From NCBI GenBank assembly GCA_902826025.1, contig CADEDH010000020.1, positions 5,012 to 69,011 on the forward strand: DNA of 64,000 nt, read 5' to 3'. The stretch is from an uncultured Actinomycetes bacterium. GTDB lineage: Bacteria > Actinomycetota > Acidimicrobiia > Acidimicrobiales > SZUA-35. The notes below the pieces were generated by a model. It ran no database searches. It was not told the origin of the DNA and was given only the letters and a program-made list of their open reading frames with translations. The position numbers were made by a program, and so were the translations under genes. Shown piece after piece: positions 9,877 to 18,320 of this stretch (the stretch's first letter is position 1; each line of letters starts with the position of its first letter).

Positions 9877-10659
9877 TCACCCGGCGGCGCCGGCGGAGGC
9901 GCCGACGATCCAGGACACGAGCAGCTCGTGATTCTCGGCGGTCGGTACCGCCTCACCCACAGCCCGGCCCCGGCGCAGAACGAGGGCCCGGTCGGCCACG
10001 GCCTGGACCTGGTCCATGCTGTGGGAGATGAGGATGACGGCCACCCCGTCGTCCTTCAGGCGCCGCACGAGCTCGATCACCCGGCCCGACTCCCGCAGGC
10101 CCAGGGCAGCGGTTGGCTCGTCGAGGATCACGACCCGGGTGGAGAAGGCCACGGCCCGGGCCACCGCCACCGCCTGGCGCTGGCCGCCCGACATGAGCGC
10201 CACCGGGGCGTCGAGGTCGGGCAAGCTCACCTGGAGCCGGTCGAGCAGCTCCCGGGTCCGCTGGGCCATCTGGCCATGACGGAGGAAGCGGAGGGGCGGA
10301 GGAAGCCAGGCCGGGCCGGCCAGCTCACGCCCGGCGTAGAAGTTGGCCGCCGGATCGAGATTGTCGAACAGGGCGAGGTCCTGGTACACGGTCTCGATCC
10401 CGTTGGCCCGGACGGTCATGGCGTTGGCCCCGGTCAGGTCCACGCCGTCGAGCGTGACCGTTCCCGAGTCGAGGTGGTGCACGCCGCTGATCGCCTTGAT
10501 GAGCGTCGACTTGCCGGCCCCGTTGTCGCCCAGCAGGGCGAGGACCTCGCCGCCCTCGACAACGAGCGACACCCCATCGAGGGCGGTCACGGCGCCGAAC
10601 CGCTTGCGGGCGTCGCGGACCTCGAGGACCGGGCGGGAAGTGGGGTCGGAGCCGCTCAT
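9877..10659 (-). CDS. Sugar ABC transporter ATP-binding protein (single domain)
   Basis: GDNGAGKST, MSGGQRQ, ILDEPT, ISH. Confidence 0.92.
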   Translation of the reverse strand: MSGSDPTSRPVLEVRDARKRFGAVTALDGVSLVVEGGEVLALLGDNGAGKSTLIKAISGVHHLDSGTVTLDGVDLTGANAMTVRANGIETVYQDLALFDNLDPAANFYAGRELAGPAWLPPPLRFLRHGQMAQRTRELLDRLQVSLPDLDAPVALMSGGQRQAVAVARAVAFSTRVVILDEPTAALGLRESGRVIELVRRLKDDGVAVILISHSMDQVQAVADRALVLRRGRAVGEAVPTAENHELLVSWIVGASAGAAG

Positions 10660-11765
10660 TGGGCCGCCACCGCCTGCAGGCTGCGGACCCGGCCTTCCAC
10701 GTGGCCCCGGAGCACGTCGAGCTCGACCGCCAGCACGATCACGGCCCCGGTGGCCATGTACTGCCAGTTGGGGTCGATGCCCAGCAGGTTGAGGCCGTTG
10801 CGGAGCACGGCGATCACGAGCGCCCCGGTCAGAGCGTTGATCACACGGCCCCGGCCGCCGAGGAAGCTGGCCCCGCCGATGATCACCGCCGCGATGGCGT
10901 CGAGCTCGGCCAGGCTGCCCGACGTCGGCGACGCCGCGTTCCCCTTGCCCATCGTCAGCAGGGCAGCCACCCCGGCCATCAAACCCGACAGGGCATAGAC
11001 CGAGATGAGCACCGACGGGACGGGGATGCCGTTGCGGACCGCCGCCTCCGGGTTACCCCCGACGGCGTACACCCATCGGCCCCACACCAGCCCCCGGGTG
11101 ATGAGCACCACCACGGCGGCCACGCCCACCACCACCAGTGTGGCCACCGGGAACCAGCCGATCGGGCCGGCGCCCGGGATCCAACCGAGCCGACCGGCCC
11201 CCAGGGTGTTCACCACCGGAGGTGCGCCCTGGATGGTCTGGGCGTGCGACAGGTACAGCGCGAGGCCGCTGGCGGCGGTGAGCATGGCCAGGGTGGGGAT
11301 GAACGGGTGCGGCAGCCGGCCCTTCACGTAGAGCAGCCCGTTGACCATCCCGACCACGCACCCCGTGGCCAGCGTGGCCAGGATGGCCGCGGCGGCCGAG
11401 CGGTGGTCCCGCCAGACGATGGCCCCCACCACGCCGCTCAACGACAGGTTCGAGCCCACCGACAGATCGATGCCCCGGGTCAGGATGACCAGGAGCTGCC
11501 CCAGAGCCAGCACGCAGACGACGGCCGACTGCTTCATCACGTTGCCGGCGTTCTCGAAGGAGAGGAACACGTCGGAGAGCAGGCTCAGGACCACCACCAA
11601 CGTCACCAGGATCATGGCCGGGCCGAGCTGCATCACCCTCAGGCTCAGCGTGAGGACGTGATGGCTGGCGGCCGGTGCCGCCGCTGTCGGCTCTCCGCCC
11701 GCCGTCGCTGTCGCCTCGTTCTCGACCTCCACCACCGCGACCGTGGCGCCACCCGGTTGTTTCAC
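10656..11765 (-). CDS. Sugar ABC transporter permease (RbsC-like)
   Basis: GIDLSVGS, PFIPTLAM, GGNPEAA, ELDAIAAVIIGGASFLGGRG. Confidence 0.92.
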   Translation of the reverse strand: MKQPGGATVAVVEVENEATATAGGEPTAAAPAASHHVLTLSLRVMQLGPAMILVTLVVVLSLLSDVFLSFENAGNVMKQSAVVCVLALGQLLVILTRGIDLSVGSNLSLSGVVGAIVWRDHRSAAAAILATLATGCVVGMVNGLLYVKGRLPHPFIPTLAMLTAASGLALYLSHAQTIQGAPPVVNTLGAGRLGWIPGAGPIGWFPVATLVVVGVAAVVVLITRGLVWGRWVYAVGGNPEAAVRNGIPVPSVLISVYALSGLMAGVAALLTMGKGNAASPTSGSLAELDAIAAVIIGGASFLGGRGRVINALTGALVIAVLRNGLNLLGIDPNWQYMATGAVIVLAVELDVLRGHVEGRVRSLQAVAAQ

Positions 11766-11822
11766 CGCTCTCCTCCCACCCCGCCCGGCCGCGATCCCCG
11801 CAGTCGCCGACGGCTATCCCGA

Positions 11823-11868
11823 ATATGACATTTCCTATAGGATCTTGGCAAGAGGAACATACGATATG
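11823..11868. promoter_or_regulatory. AT-rich divergent promoter region with palindromes, putative GntR operator(s)
   Basis: Perfect palindrome TCCTATAGGA at 11833-11842 and CATA-cga-TATG at 11858-11868, between the ABC operon and gntR. Confidence 0.45.
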
Positions 11869-11906
11869 CTCGCACCCGTCGAGACGAAACAGGGAGATCC
11901 GTACCG

Positions 11907-12641
11907 TTGACCAACATCGACCCTGAGGCCGCCCTTCGTGCGTCCCAGGCCGGGCGAAGGCTCAGCGAGCGCCAGCCGCTGGTGGACGACGTGCACGACG
12001 TCCTCGTCGACATGGTGATGAACCACCACGTGGAGGCCGGGGCCCGGCTGAACATCGACGCCCTCTCCCGGACGCTGGGGGTCTCCCCCACACCCGTGCG
12101 GGAAGCCCTGGCCCGGATGGAGGCGGAGGGCCTCGTGGCCAAAGAGCCCCGGCGGGGCTACACCGTCGCCCCGTTGATCGGCCTGGAGGACCTCAGGGCC
12201 ATGATCGACTTCCGGCTCCTCATCGAGCCGGCAGCGGCGGCCGAAGCCGCTCGCCGGGCGTCCGGGGACGACGGGCGCGCCCTCCTGGCCTTCGCCAACA
12301 GCGGTGGGGCCGGTCTGCACGACGACACCGCCAACCGCCTCGACATGACCTACGACGCCGCCTTCCACGACCGCATCGCCGAGTTGGCCGGCAACCACTG
12401 GTTACGCGAGGCGCTGGCCCGGCTCCGGGGCCACCTGCACATGTACCGCTTGTACCACCACGCTCAGGCCTCGGCCGCCACCAAGCCCGAGCACGTGGCC
12501 GTCGCCGCCGCCATCGCCGCCGGCGACCCCGAAGGAGCGGCGGAGGCGATGCGGGTGCACCTGCAGACGGCCATGCACCGGCTGGACGCCGTGTTCGCCT
12601 CGGGCCGCCTCAACACGACAGCGGGGGGACAAGCGACATGA
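11907..12641 (+). CDS. GntR family (FadR/FCD) transcriptional regulator
   Basis: wHTH LGVSPTPVREAL, FCD domain with DAAFH and EH; divergent from the catabolic operon. Confidence 0.9.
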   Translation: MTNIDPEAALRASQAGRRLSERQPLVDDVHDVLVDMVMNHHVEAGARLNIDALSRTLGVSPTPVREALARMEAEGLVAKEPRRGYTVAPLIGLEDLRAMIDFRLLIEPAAAAEAARRASGDDGRALLAFANSGGAGLHDDTANRLDMTYDAAFHDRIAELAGNHWLREALARLRGHLHMYRLYHHAQASAATKPEHVAVAAAIAAGDPEGAAEAMRVHLQTAMHRLDAVFASGRLNTTAGGQAT

Positions 12642-13429
12642 CCGAGCTCGGCACCGACCACGCCGACCACGCCGGCGCCACGGCACCCGAGCAGGACCTG
12701 GCCGGACTGGTGGCGATCGTCACCGGTGGCGCGTCAGGTATCGGCCTGGCGACGGTGAGGACCCTGGCGGCGCGAGGGGCGTCGGTGGCGGCGCTCGACG
12801 TGGCCCCGCCCCCAGCTGCTGTCTACGGCATCACCTGCGACGTGACTGAATCCCGGTCGATCGGCGCCGCCATCGACACCGTGGTGAAGCGCTGGGGCCG
12901 GCTCGACGTCGTGGTGGCCAACGCCGGGATCGGGGCCCAGGGCTCGGTAGCCGATGCGACCGACGAGGAGTGGCACCGGGTGCTCGACGTGAACGTCGTG
13001 GGCACCGCCCGTACCGTGCAGGCCGCGCTCCCCCATCTGCGGTCTTCGCCGGCGGCGGCCGTGGTCGTCACCTGCTCGATCGCCTCCTGGGCCGGCCTGC
13101 CCCGTCGGGCCGTCTACAGCGCCAGCAAGGGTGCGCTGTACGCCCTGGTGCTGGCGATGGCGGCCGACCACGTGGGCGACAGGATCCGGGTGAACGGCGT
13201 GGCCCCGGGCACGGCCGATACGCCATGGGTCGGGCGCCTCCTGGACGCAGCGGCAGACCCTGCCGGTGAGCGGGCCGCCCTTGCGGCCCGCCAGCCGATC
13301 GGGCGGCTCGTCACCGCCGACGAGGTGGCCCACGCCATCGCCTACCTGGCCTCCCCCCGTTCGGCCTCGACCACCGGGACGATCCTGCCGGTGGACGGCG
13401 GGATGCTCGGCCTCCGCCTGCCTCGCTGA
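12638..13429 (+). CDS. SDR family oxidoreductase
   Basis: TGGASGIG, NAG, YSASKGA, VDGG; ATGA overlap with gntR. Confidence 0.9.
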   Translation: MTELGTDHADHAGATAPEQDLAGLVAIVTGGASGIGLATVRTLAARGASVAALDVAPPPAAVYGITCDVTESRSIGAAIDTVVKRWGRLDVVVANAGIGAQGSVADATDEEWHRVLDVNVVGTARTVQAALPHLRSSPAAAVVVTCSIASWAGLPRRAVYSASKGALYALVLAMAADHVGDRIRVNGVAPGTADTPWVGRLLDAAADPAGERAALAARQPIGRLVTADEVAHAIAYLASPRSASTTGTILPVDGGMLGLRLPR

Positions 13430-13447
13430 GGCGCCGGCGGCTACCGG

Positions 13448-14572
13448 TCAGGCATCGGCCGGACCGGCGCCGGTGGTGGCCAGGCCACCGCCGCCCTCGC
13501 CCTCGCCCGACTCGAGATCCGCCGACTCCTCGACCGGGCCCAAGAGGTTCCGATACAGCAGCGAGAGGGCGATGCCCCACAGCACCGTGGCGGCCCCGTT
13601 GCCCAGAGCGCCGAACAGTTGGCGGATGGCCAGCACGGCCGGGTTGGAGCCGAGCAGCTCCTGCAGGGGGATGCGCTCGGCCCCGGGCTGGAGGTTCGAC
13701 GCCCCCTCGCCCCCGATGGCAGCGAAGGGGCTGGCCACGAGGCTGGCCAGGACGCTCAGCATCAGACCCACCAGGACCAGCAGGAGGCAACGGCCGAAGA
13801 CGGCCCAGAACCGGCCCCGGGTGAGGTCCCAGCTGATGGCCAGTGATCTGGTACCGGGTGGAGCCAGAGCCGCCGCCACCGGGGCCAGGCTGAGGCGGAC
13901 CATGGCCAGCAGGGAACCGACCAGCCACAGGGGGAAGGTCAGCAGCACCAGCGCCGGGGCGAAGGCGACACTGGCCACCACCATCCCGTACAGGCCGCCC
14001 AGAATGGCGAGCAGTGCGGCCCCCACGCCCAGACTGCGTAGGAGACGGGCACCGGTGCCGGCCAACGACACCGACCACGGCTCGGGGCGTTCGGCCACCT
14101 CGGCCTGGGCCTGGCGGGCGGCCGACACCACCAGCACCAGGCTGGCCACCGCGACCAGCAGCGACGTCAGGCCGACGAGGGCGTAGGGGCCGGCGCCACC
14201 GCCGGGATTGTCGAAGTCGATCGTGCCGGCCTCGGTGTCGGTGGTGATCACGGCCTGACGCAGGGCCAGCCACAGGGCGAGCCCGTTGAGCAGGCTGGTG
14301 GGCACCATCAGCAGCACCACCAGGGGAAAGAAGTGCCCGGCGCGCGCCTTGCCGATGCGGACGGCCTCCCGCAGCCACTCGCCGGGGGCCACCAGCCCGT
14401 GGCCCGGCCCGCTCGGACCCGAGCCGATGCCGGGCACAGGGGCGGGCGGCGAATCACCGACGTGCTCGGTCCACGTGGTGCCATCCCACCAACGCAGGCC
14501 GATACCCGTGCTCGGGTCGGGATACCAGCCCGGGGGCGGGCCGCCGATGGGCGGTGGGGGCGGATCGGACAT
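13448..14572 (-). CDS. DUF2510-domain membrane protein
   Basis: N-terminal PPGWYPDP...LRWWDGTTWTEH motif followed by several hydrophobic helices; start trimmed to ATG 14572. Confidence 0.8.
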   Translation of the reverse strand: MSDPPPPPIGGPPPGWYPDPSTGIGLRWWDGTTWTEHVGDSPPAPVPGIGSGPSGPGHGLVAPGEWLREAVRIGKARAGHFFPLVVLLMVPTSLLNGLALWLALRQAVITTDTEAGTIDFDNPGGGAGPYALVGLTSLLVAVASLVLVVSAARQAQAEVAERPEPWSVSLAGTGARLLRSLGVGAALLAILGGLYGMVVASVAFAPALVLLTFPLWLVGSLLAMVRLSLAPVAAALAPPGTRSLAISWDLTRGRFWAVFGRCLLLVLVGLMLSVLASLVASPFAAIGGEGASNLQPGAERIPLQELLGSNPAVLAIRQLFGALGNGAATVLWGIALSLLYRNLLGPVEESADLESGEGEGGGGLATTGAGPADA

Positions 14573-14672
14573 TGGGAGATCGGTTCCTGAGGCTCGTCGG
14601 AGGGGGGCTGGGAGCGATGGCGGGGGTGGCGGCCCGGTGAGATGCCGAGGCGGGGCCCGATGGGCCGCTCCT

Positions 14673-15506
14673 TCAGCTCTCGGCCGGTGGACGGTCGTCG
14701 AGCTCGACCAGTACACCGTAGTGATCGGAGGGCACGACGCCTCCGCTGCCGGCGCTGGTTCCGATCAACCGGGCCGACTGCGGGTTGCCGGTGGGCTTGG
14801 GCCGGGGCCAGGTCACGAGCACGTAATCGAGCCGGCGGCGGGGCCACAGGGCCTCCGCTGCATTCGGGTTGTCGCGGGTCCAGGTGTGGCCCGGCCCGTC
14901 GCCCACCGCGGCCCAGCAGTCGGTGAACACGAGACCGGGCCGGTACGGGGCAGCCAGGCCGGTGAGACGACGTATCTCGTCGGACTCGGGTACGGCGTTG
15001 AGATCGCCGCCCAGGATGACGGGCGGGTGGCGATCGGGCTCGGCCGGTAGGTGACGACCGATGAGGTCCACCACCTCGGCCAACTGGCGCTGGCGCAGCT
15101 CGCTCTCGTCGTAGCGCCAGGCCAGGTGGGTGACCACCACCAGCCAGGGCTCGGGTGGGGCGTCCACCCAGCAGGCCAGGGCGCTGCGGTGCGAGGGACG
15201 GCCGTCGGGCCCCACCAGGCGGATGGCTTCGGCCACCCGCAGGGGCCATCGGCTGAGGATGGCGTTGCCGAACTGATCGATGCTGCCGTCGGGCGCATGG
15301 GTGCGGGCCAGATGGAGTCCGGTGGCATCGGCCAATATTCGGGCCTGATCCCGGGTACCACCGGGTAAAGCTCCGTCGGGAGAAGCCCAGACCTCCTGCA
15401 ACAGGGCGAGATCGGGGGCCACGGCCGCCAACTCCTCGGCGATGGCGGGCTGGCGCTGCTCCCACGGCCCGAACCGCCACCAGAGATTCCACGTCACGAC
15501 CCGCAT
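14673..15506 (-). CDS. Endonuclease/exonuclease/phosphatase (EEP) family protein
   Basis: TWNL, LQEV, GNAILSR, THL, GGDLN, RLDY, SDHYGV. Confidence 0.9.
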   Translation of the reverse strand: MRVVTWNLWWRFGPWEQRQPAIAEELAAVAPDLALLQEVWASPDGALPGGTRDQARILADATGLHLARTHAPDGSIDQFGNAILSRWPLRVAEAIRLVGPDGRPSHRSALACWVDAPPEPWLVVVTHLAWRYDESELRQRQLAEVVDLIGRHLPAEPDRHPPVILGGDLNAVPESDEIRRLTGLAAPYRPGLVFTDCWAAVGDGPGHTWTRDNPNAAEALWPRRRLDYVLVTWPRPKPTGNPQSARLIGTSAGSGGVVPSDHYGVLVELDDRPPAES

Positions 15507-15554
15507 ACCGCATCCGAGGTTAGCCATCGATCGGATGATCTGTATGCCTAACAT

Positions 15555-15582
15555 TTGACCGATCGCTCAGCCTTGCTAGACT
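15555..15582 (+). promoter_or_regulatory. Housekeeping-sigma promoter for the whiB-like gene
   Basis: TTGACC (15555-60), 16-nt spacer ending in TGn, then TAGACT (15577-82); GGAGGT SD before ATG 15640. Confidence 0.6.
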
Positions 15583-15639
15583 TGAGCACGGACGCCTACC
15601 CGGGCACCCGCCCCCGTCGGCGCTCACCAGGGAGGTGCC

Positions 15640-15984
15640 ATGGACACCGAGTACGGCCTACACCCCGAGACCGATGTGACCTGGGCGGAGCAGGCGATAT
15701 GCCGTGGCCTCACCCATGTGTTCTTCGGGCCGGCGTCCGAGCGGCCCGAGCGCCGGGCGGAGCGGGAGGCCATCGCCGCCAGCTACTGCATGGCCTGTCC
15801 GGTCATGTTGCCATGCCGGCGGACGGCCAGGCTCAACCGGGAGCACGGGTTCTGGGGCTGTGAGAACGACGAGCAACGGGCGGCGGCCGGCTTCGCTCCC
15901 CGCTCCCCCAGCCGTCGGGCCGTCATCCAGGCCCGCGACAACGCCCGGCGCGAAGCCGACGGGCTGGTGCCGGCCAAACGCTGA
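15640..15984 (+). CDS. WhiB family Fe-S transcription factor (WhiB3/WhiD-like)
   Basis: C-x28-C-x2-C-x5-C, FFxPxxER...REA and GFWG turn; strong SD. Confidence 0.85.
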   Translation: MDTEYGLHPETDVTWAEQAICRGLTHVFFGPASERPERRAEREAIAASYCMACPVMLPCRRTARLNREHGFWGCENDEQRAAAGFAPRSPSRRAVIQARDNARREADGLVPAKR

Positions 15985-15987
15985 CGG

Positions 15988-16031
15988 GAACCCTTCGGGT
16001 TCTTCGGGTTCCTTGGGTTCGTCCGGCGAAC
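15988..16031. repeat. Three tandem 9-nt units (CTTCGGGTT x2, CCTTGGGTT) plus two small hairpins
   Basis: Units at 15993-16001, 16002-16010 and 16011-16019; stems GAACCC/GGGTTC (15988-16002) and GTTCG/CGAAC (16017-16031). Confidence 0.5.
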
Positions 16032-16058
16032 ACCGGGAACGCTCGTATCCTGCGATCC

Positions 16059-17087
16059 ATCGCTACCGACGCCATCCTCCTGCTGTCGTTCGGAGGCCCG
16101 GAAGGGCCCGACGACGTCATGCCCTTCCTCCGCAACGTCACCCGGGGCCGCGGCGTTCCCGACGAGCGCCTGGCCGTGGTGGCCGAGCAGTACGCCCTCT
16201 TCGGAGGCCGCTCGCCGCTGAACGACCAGTGCCGTGATCTGCTGGCGGCACTTCGGACCGAGCTCGACACCCACGGCATCGACCTGCCCCTGTACTGGGG
16301 CAACCGGAACTGGGATCCCTTCCTGGCCGATGCCGTGGCCGCCATGGCCGCCGACGGTGTCACCGACGCCCTGGTCCTGGCCACGTCGGCCTTCGGCACC
16401 TACTCCGGGTGCCGCCAGTACCGGGAAGACCTGGAACGGGCGGCCGCCACCGTCGACGGCGACGCGGGCCCGGCCGCCCCCCGGCTGGCGAAGCTGCGGC
16501 TGTTCTACAACCACCCGGGGTTCGTCGAAGCGGCCGCCGACCGGCTGGTCACGGCCGTCGACGGCGGCCGACCCGGCCCCGGCGACCGGCTCGTGTTCAC
16601 CGCCCACTCCATCCCCCGGTCGATGGCCGCCGGCTGCTCCTACGTCGAGCAGCTCCACGAGGCGGCCCGCCTCGTGCTCGACACCGCCGGCTGGCCCGGC
16701 GTCCCGTACGACGTGGTGTTCCAGAGCCGAAGCGGCCCGCCCCAGGTGCCGTGGCTGGAGCCCGACGTCAACGACCACCTGCGGGCCCTGGCTGCCGCCG
16801 GTGACACCCGCCGGGTGATACTGGTTCCCCTCGGGTTCCTGTCGGACCACATGGAGGTGTTGTTCGACCTCGACACCCAGGCCCGAGCCACGGCCGACGA
16901 GCTGGCCCTCGAGCTGGTTCGGGTACCCACCGTGGGCACCCATCCCCGGTTCGTGGCCGGCATCCGGGAGCTGATCGAGGAACGCCTCCACCCCGGCACC
17001 GCCCCCCGCCTGGCCCTGGGCACCGACGGCCCCTGGCCCGACGAATGCCCCGCCGGCCACTGCCCCGCCCCCTCCCGCCCGGCCTAG
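16059..17087 (+). CDS. hemH: Ferrochelatase (actinobacterial coproporphyrin ferrochelatase type); start inferred at near-cognate ATC
   Basis: LLSFGGPE (upstream of the track start 16119), FTAHSIP, FQSRSGPPQVPWLEPD, GFLSDHMEVLFDLD. Confidence 0.88.
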   Translation: MATDAILLLSFGGPEGPDDVMPFLRNVTRGRGVPDERLAVVAEQYALFGGRSPLNDQCRDLLAALRTELDTHGIDLPLYWGNRNWDPFLADAVAAMAADGVTDALVLATSAFGTYSGCRQYREDLERAAATVDGDAGPAAPRLAKLRLFYNHPGFVEAAADRLVTAVDGGRPGPGDRLVFTAHSIPRSMAAGCSYVEQLHEAARLVLDTAGWPGVPYDVVFQSRSGPPQVPWLEPDVNDHLRALAAAGDTRRVILVPLGFLSDHMEVLFDLDTQARATADELALELVRVPTVGTHPRFVAGIRELIEERLHPGTAPRLALGTDGPWPDECPAGHCPAPSRPA

Positions 17088-17113
17088 CTGTTCGGGGCGC
17101 CAACCCCGCCGGG

Positions 17114-18211
17114 TCAGAAGGTGAGGACGGCGCGGCCGGCGATCCGGCCCTGCTCCAGGTCGTGGACGGCGTCGTCGATGGCGTCGATCGGGTACCGGGC
17201 CGTCACCAGGGAAGCCAGATCGAGCTGGCCTTTTGCCTGCCAGTCGAGGAAGCGGGGGAAGTCCTCGCCCGGCGAGCAGCTCCCGCCCAGGCTGCACCGG
17301 TAGCTGCGCTCGCCGATGAACATGAGGCGGCTGTCGAGCTCGATCGGGGTCTGGGGCACGCCCACCAGCACCGCCGTGCCGCCCCGGGTGAGGCCGAACT
17401 CGCCGGCCCGCACCACCTCGGAGATCTGGCGCATGGTCACCGGCACGCCGATGCAGTCGAAGGCGTAGTCGACACCTTCCAGCGGGTTGCGCAGGATGTC
17501 GAACCGGCCCTCCTGGCGGGTCATGGCCCGGATGGTGGCCACGGCGTCGACCGTGCCGGCGTTGACCCCGTGGGTGGCCCCGAACCGCTTGGCGAAGTCG
17601 AGCTTCTCGTCGTCGAGGTCCACGGCGATGATGGGATCGGCCCCGCAGGCCTTGGCCGCCGCCACTGCGCTGAGGCCAACGCCGCCCACGCCGAAGATGG
17701 CCACACTGTCGCCGGGCTGCACCATGGCGGTGTGGAGCACGGCGCCGGCCCCGGTGATCACGGCGCAGCCGATGATCGAGGTCGACTCCCGGTCGATGGC
17801 GTCGGGCACCTTCACCACGAACATCTCGTCGGCCAGGGTGTGGGTGGCCCAGGTGAACACGTTGAGGGTGGCGGCCCGGCGACCATCAGGCAGGTCCAGG
17901 TGGAGCGGGGCGCCTTGGCGGCGGGCCGTCCGCTCGTCCTTGGGCACCCAGGTGACCATCACCGTGTCGCCAACGGCTAGGTCTTCCACCGCCGACCCGA
18001 CAGCCAGCACCTTTCCCGTCGACTCGTGGCCCAGGATGGCCGGCGCCGTGCGGGGATTGTGGATGGTGTGGAGCTGGCTGTGGCACACGCCGGAGGCGTA
18101 CTGCTCGACCACCACCTGGTGGGGGCCGGGATCGGGCAGGTCGAGATCGACGACCTCCAGCGGCTGGCCCTGCTCCTGGGGAACGACGACGACGCGGGCT
18201 GGTGTGGGCAT
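17114..18211 (-). CDS. Zn-dependent alcohol dehydrogenase (MDR)
   Basis: GVCHS, GHE, IGCAVITGAG, GVGGVG; lacks the four-Cys structural Zn lobe. Confidence 0.85.
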   Translation of the reverse strand: MPTPARVVVVPQEQGQPLEVVDLDLPDPGPHQVVVEQYASGVCHSQLHTIHNPRTAPAILGHESTGKVLAVGSAVEDLAVGDTVMVTWVPKDERTARRQGAPLHLDLPDGRRAATLNVFTWATHTLADEMFVVKVPDAIDRESTSIIGCAVITGAGAVLHTAMVQPGDSVAIFGVGGVGLSAVAAAKACGADPIIAVDLDDEKLDFAKRFGATHGVNAGTVDAVATIRAMTRQEGRFDILRNPLEGVDYAFDCIGVPVTMRQISEVVRAGEFGLTRGGTAVLVGVPQTPIELDSRLMFIGERSYRCSLGGSCSPGEDFPRFLDWQAKGQLDLASLVTARYPIDAIDDAVHDLEQGRIAGRAVLTF

Positions 18212-18320
18212 GGTGGCCTCTTCTCTCGGCTTCTCTCGGCGGGTCGCCCGGGGCGACGACCCTCATCGATCCGCCAATCATGTCCGAGCAGCCCGCGGTC
18301 ACGCCAAGGGCGGCGGGCGA

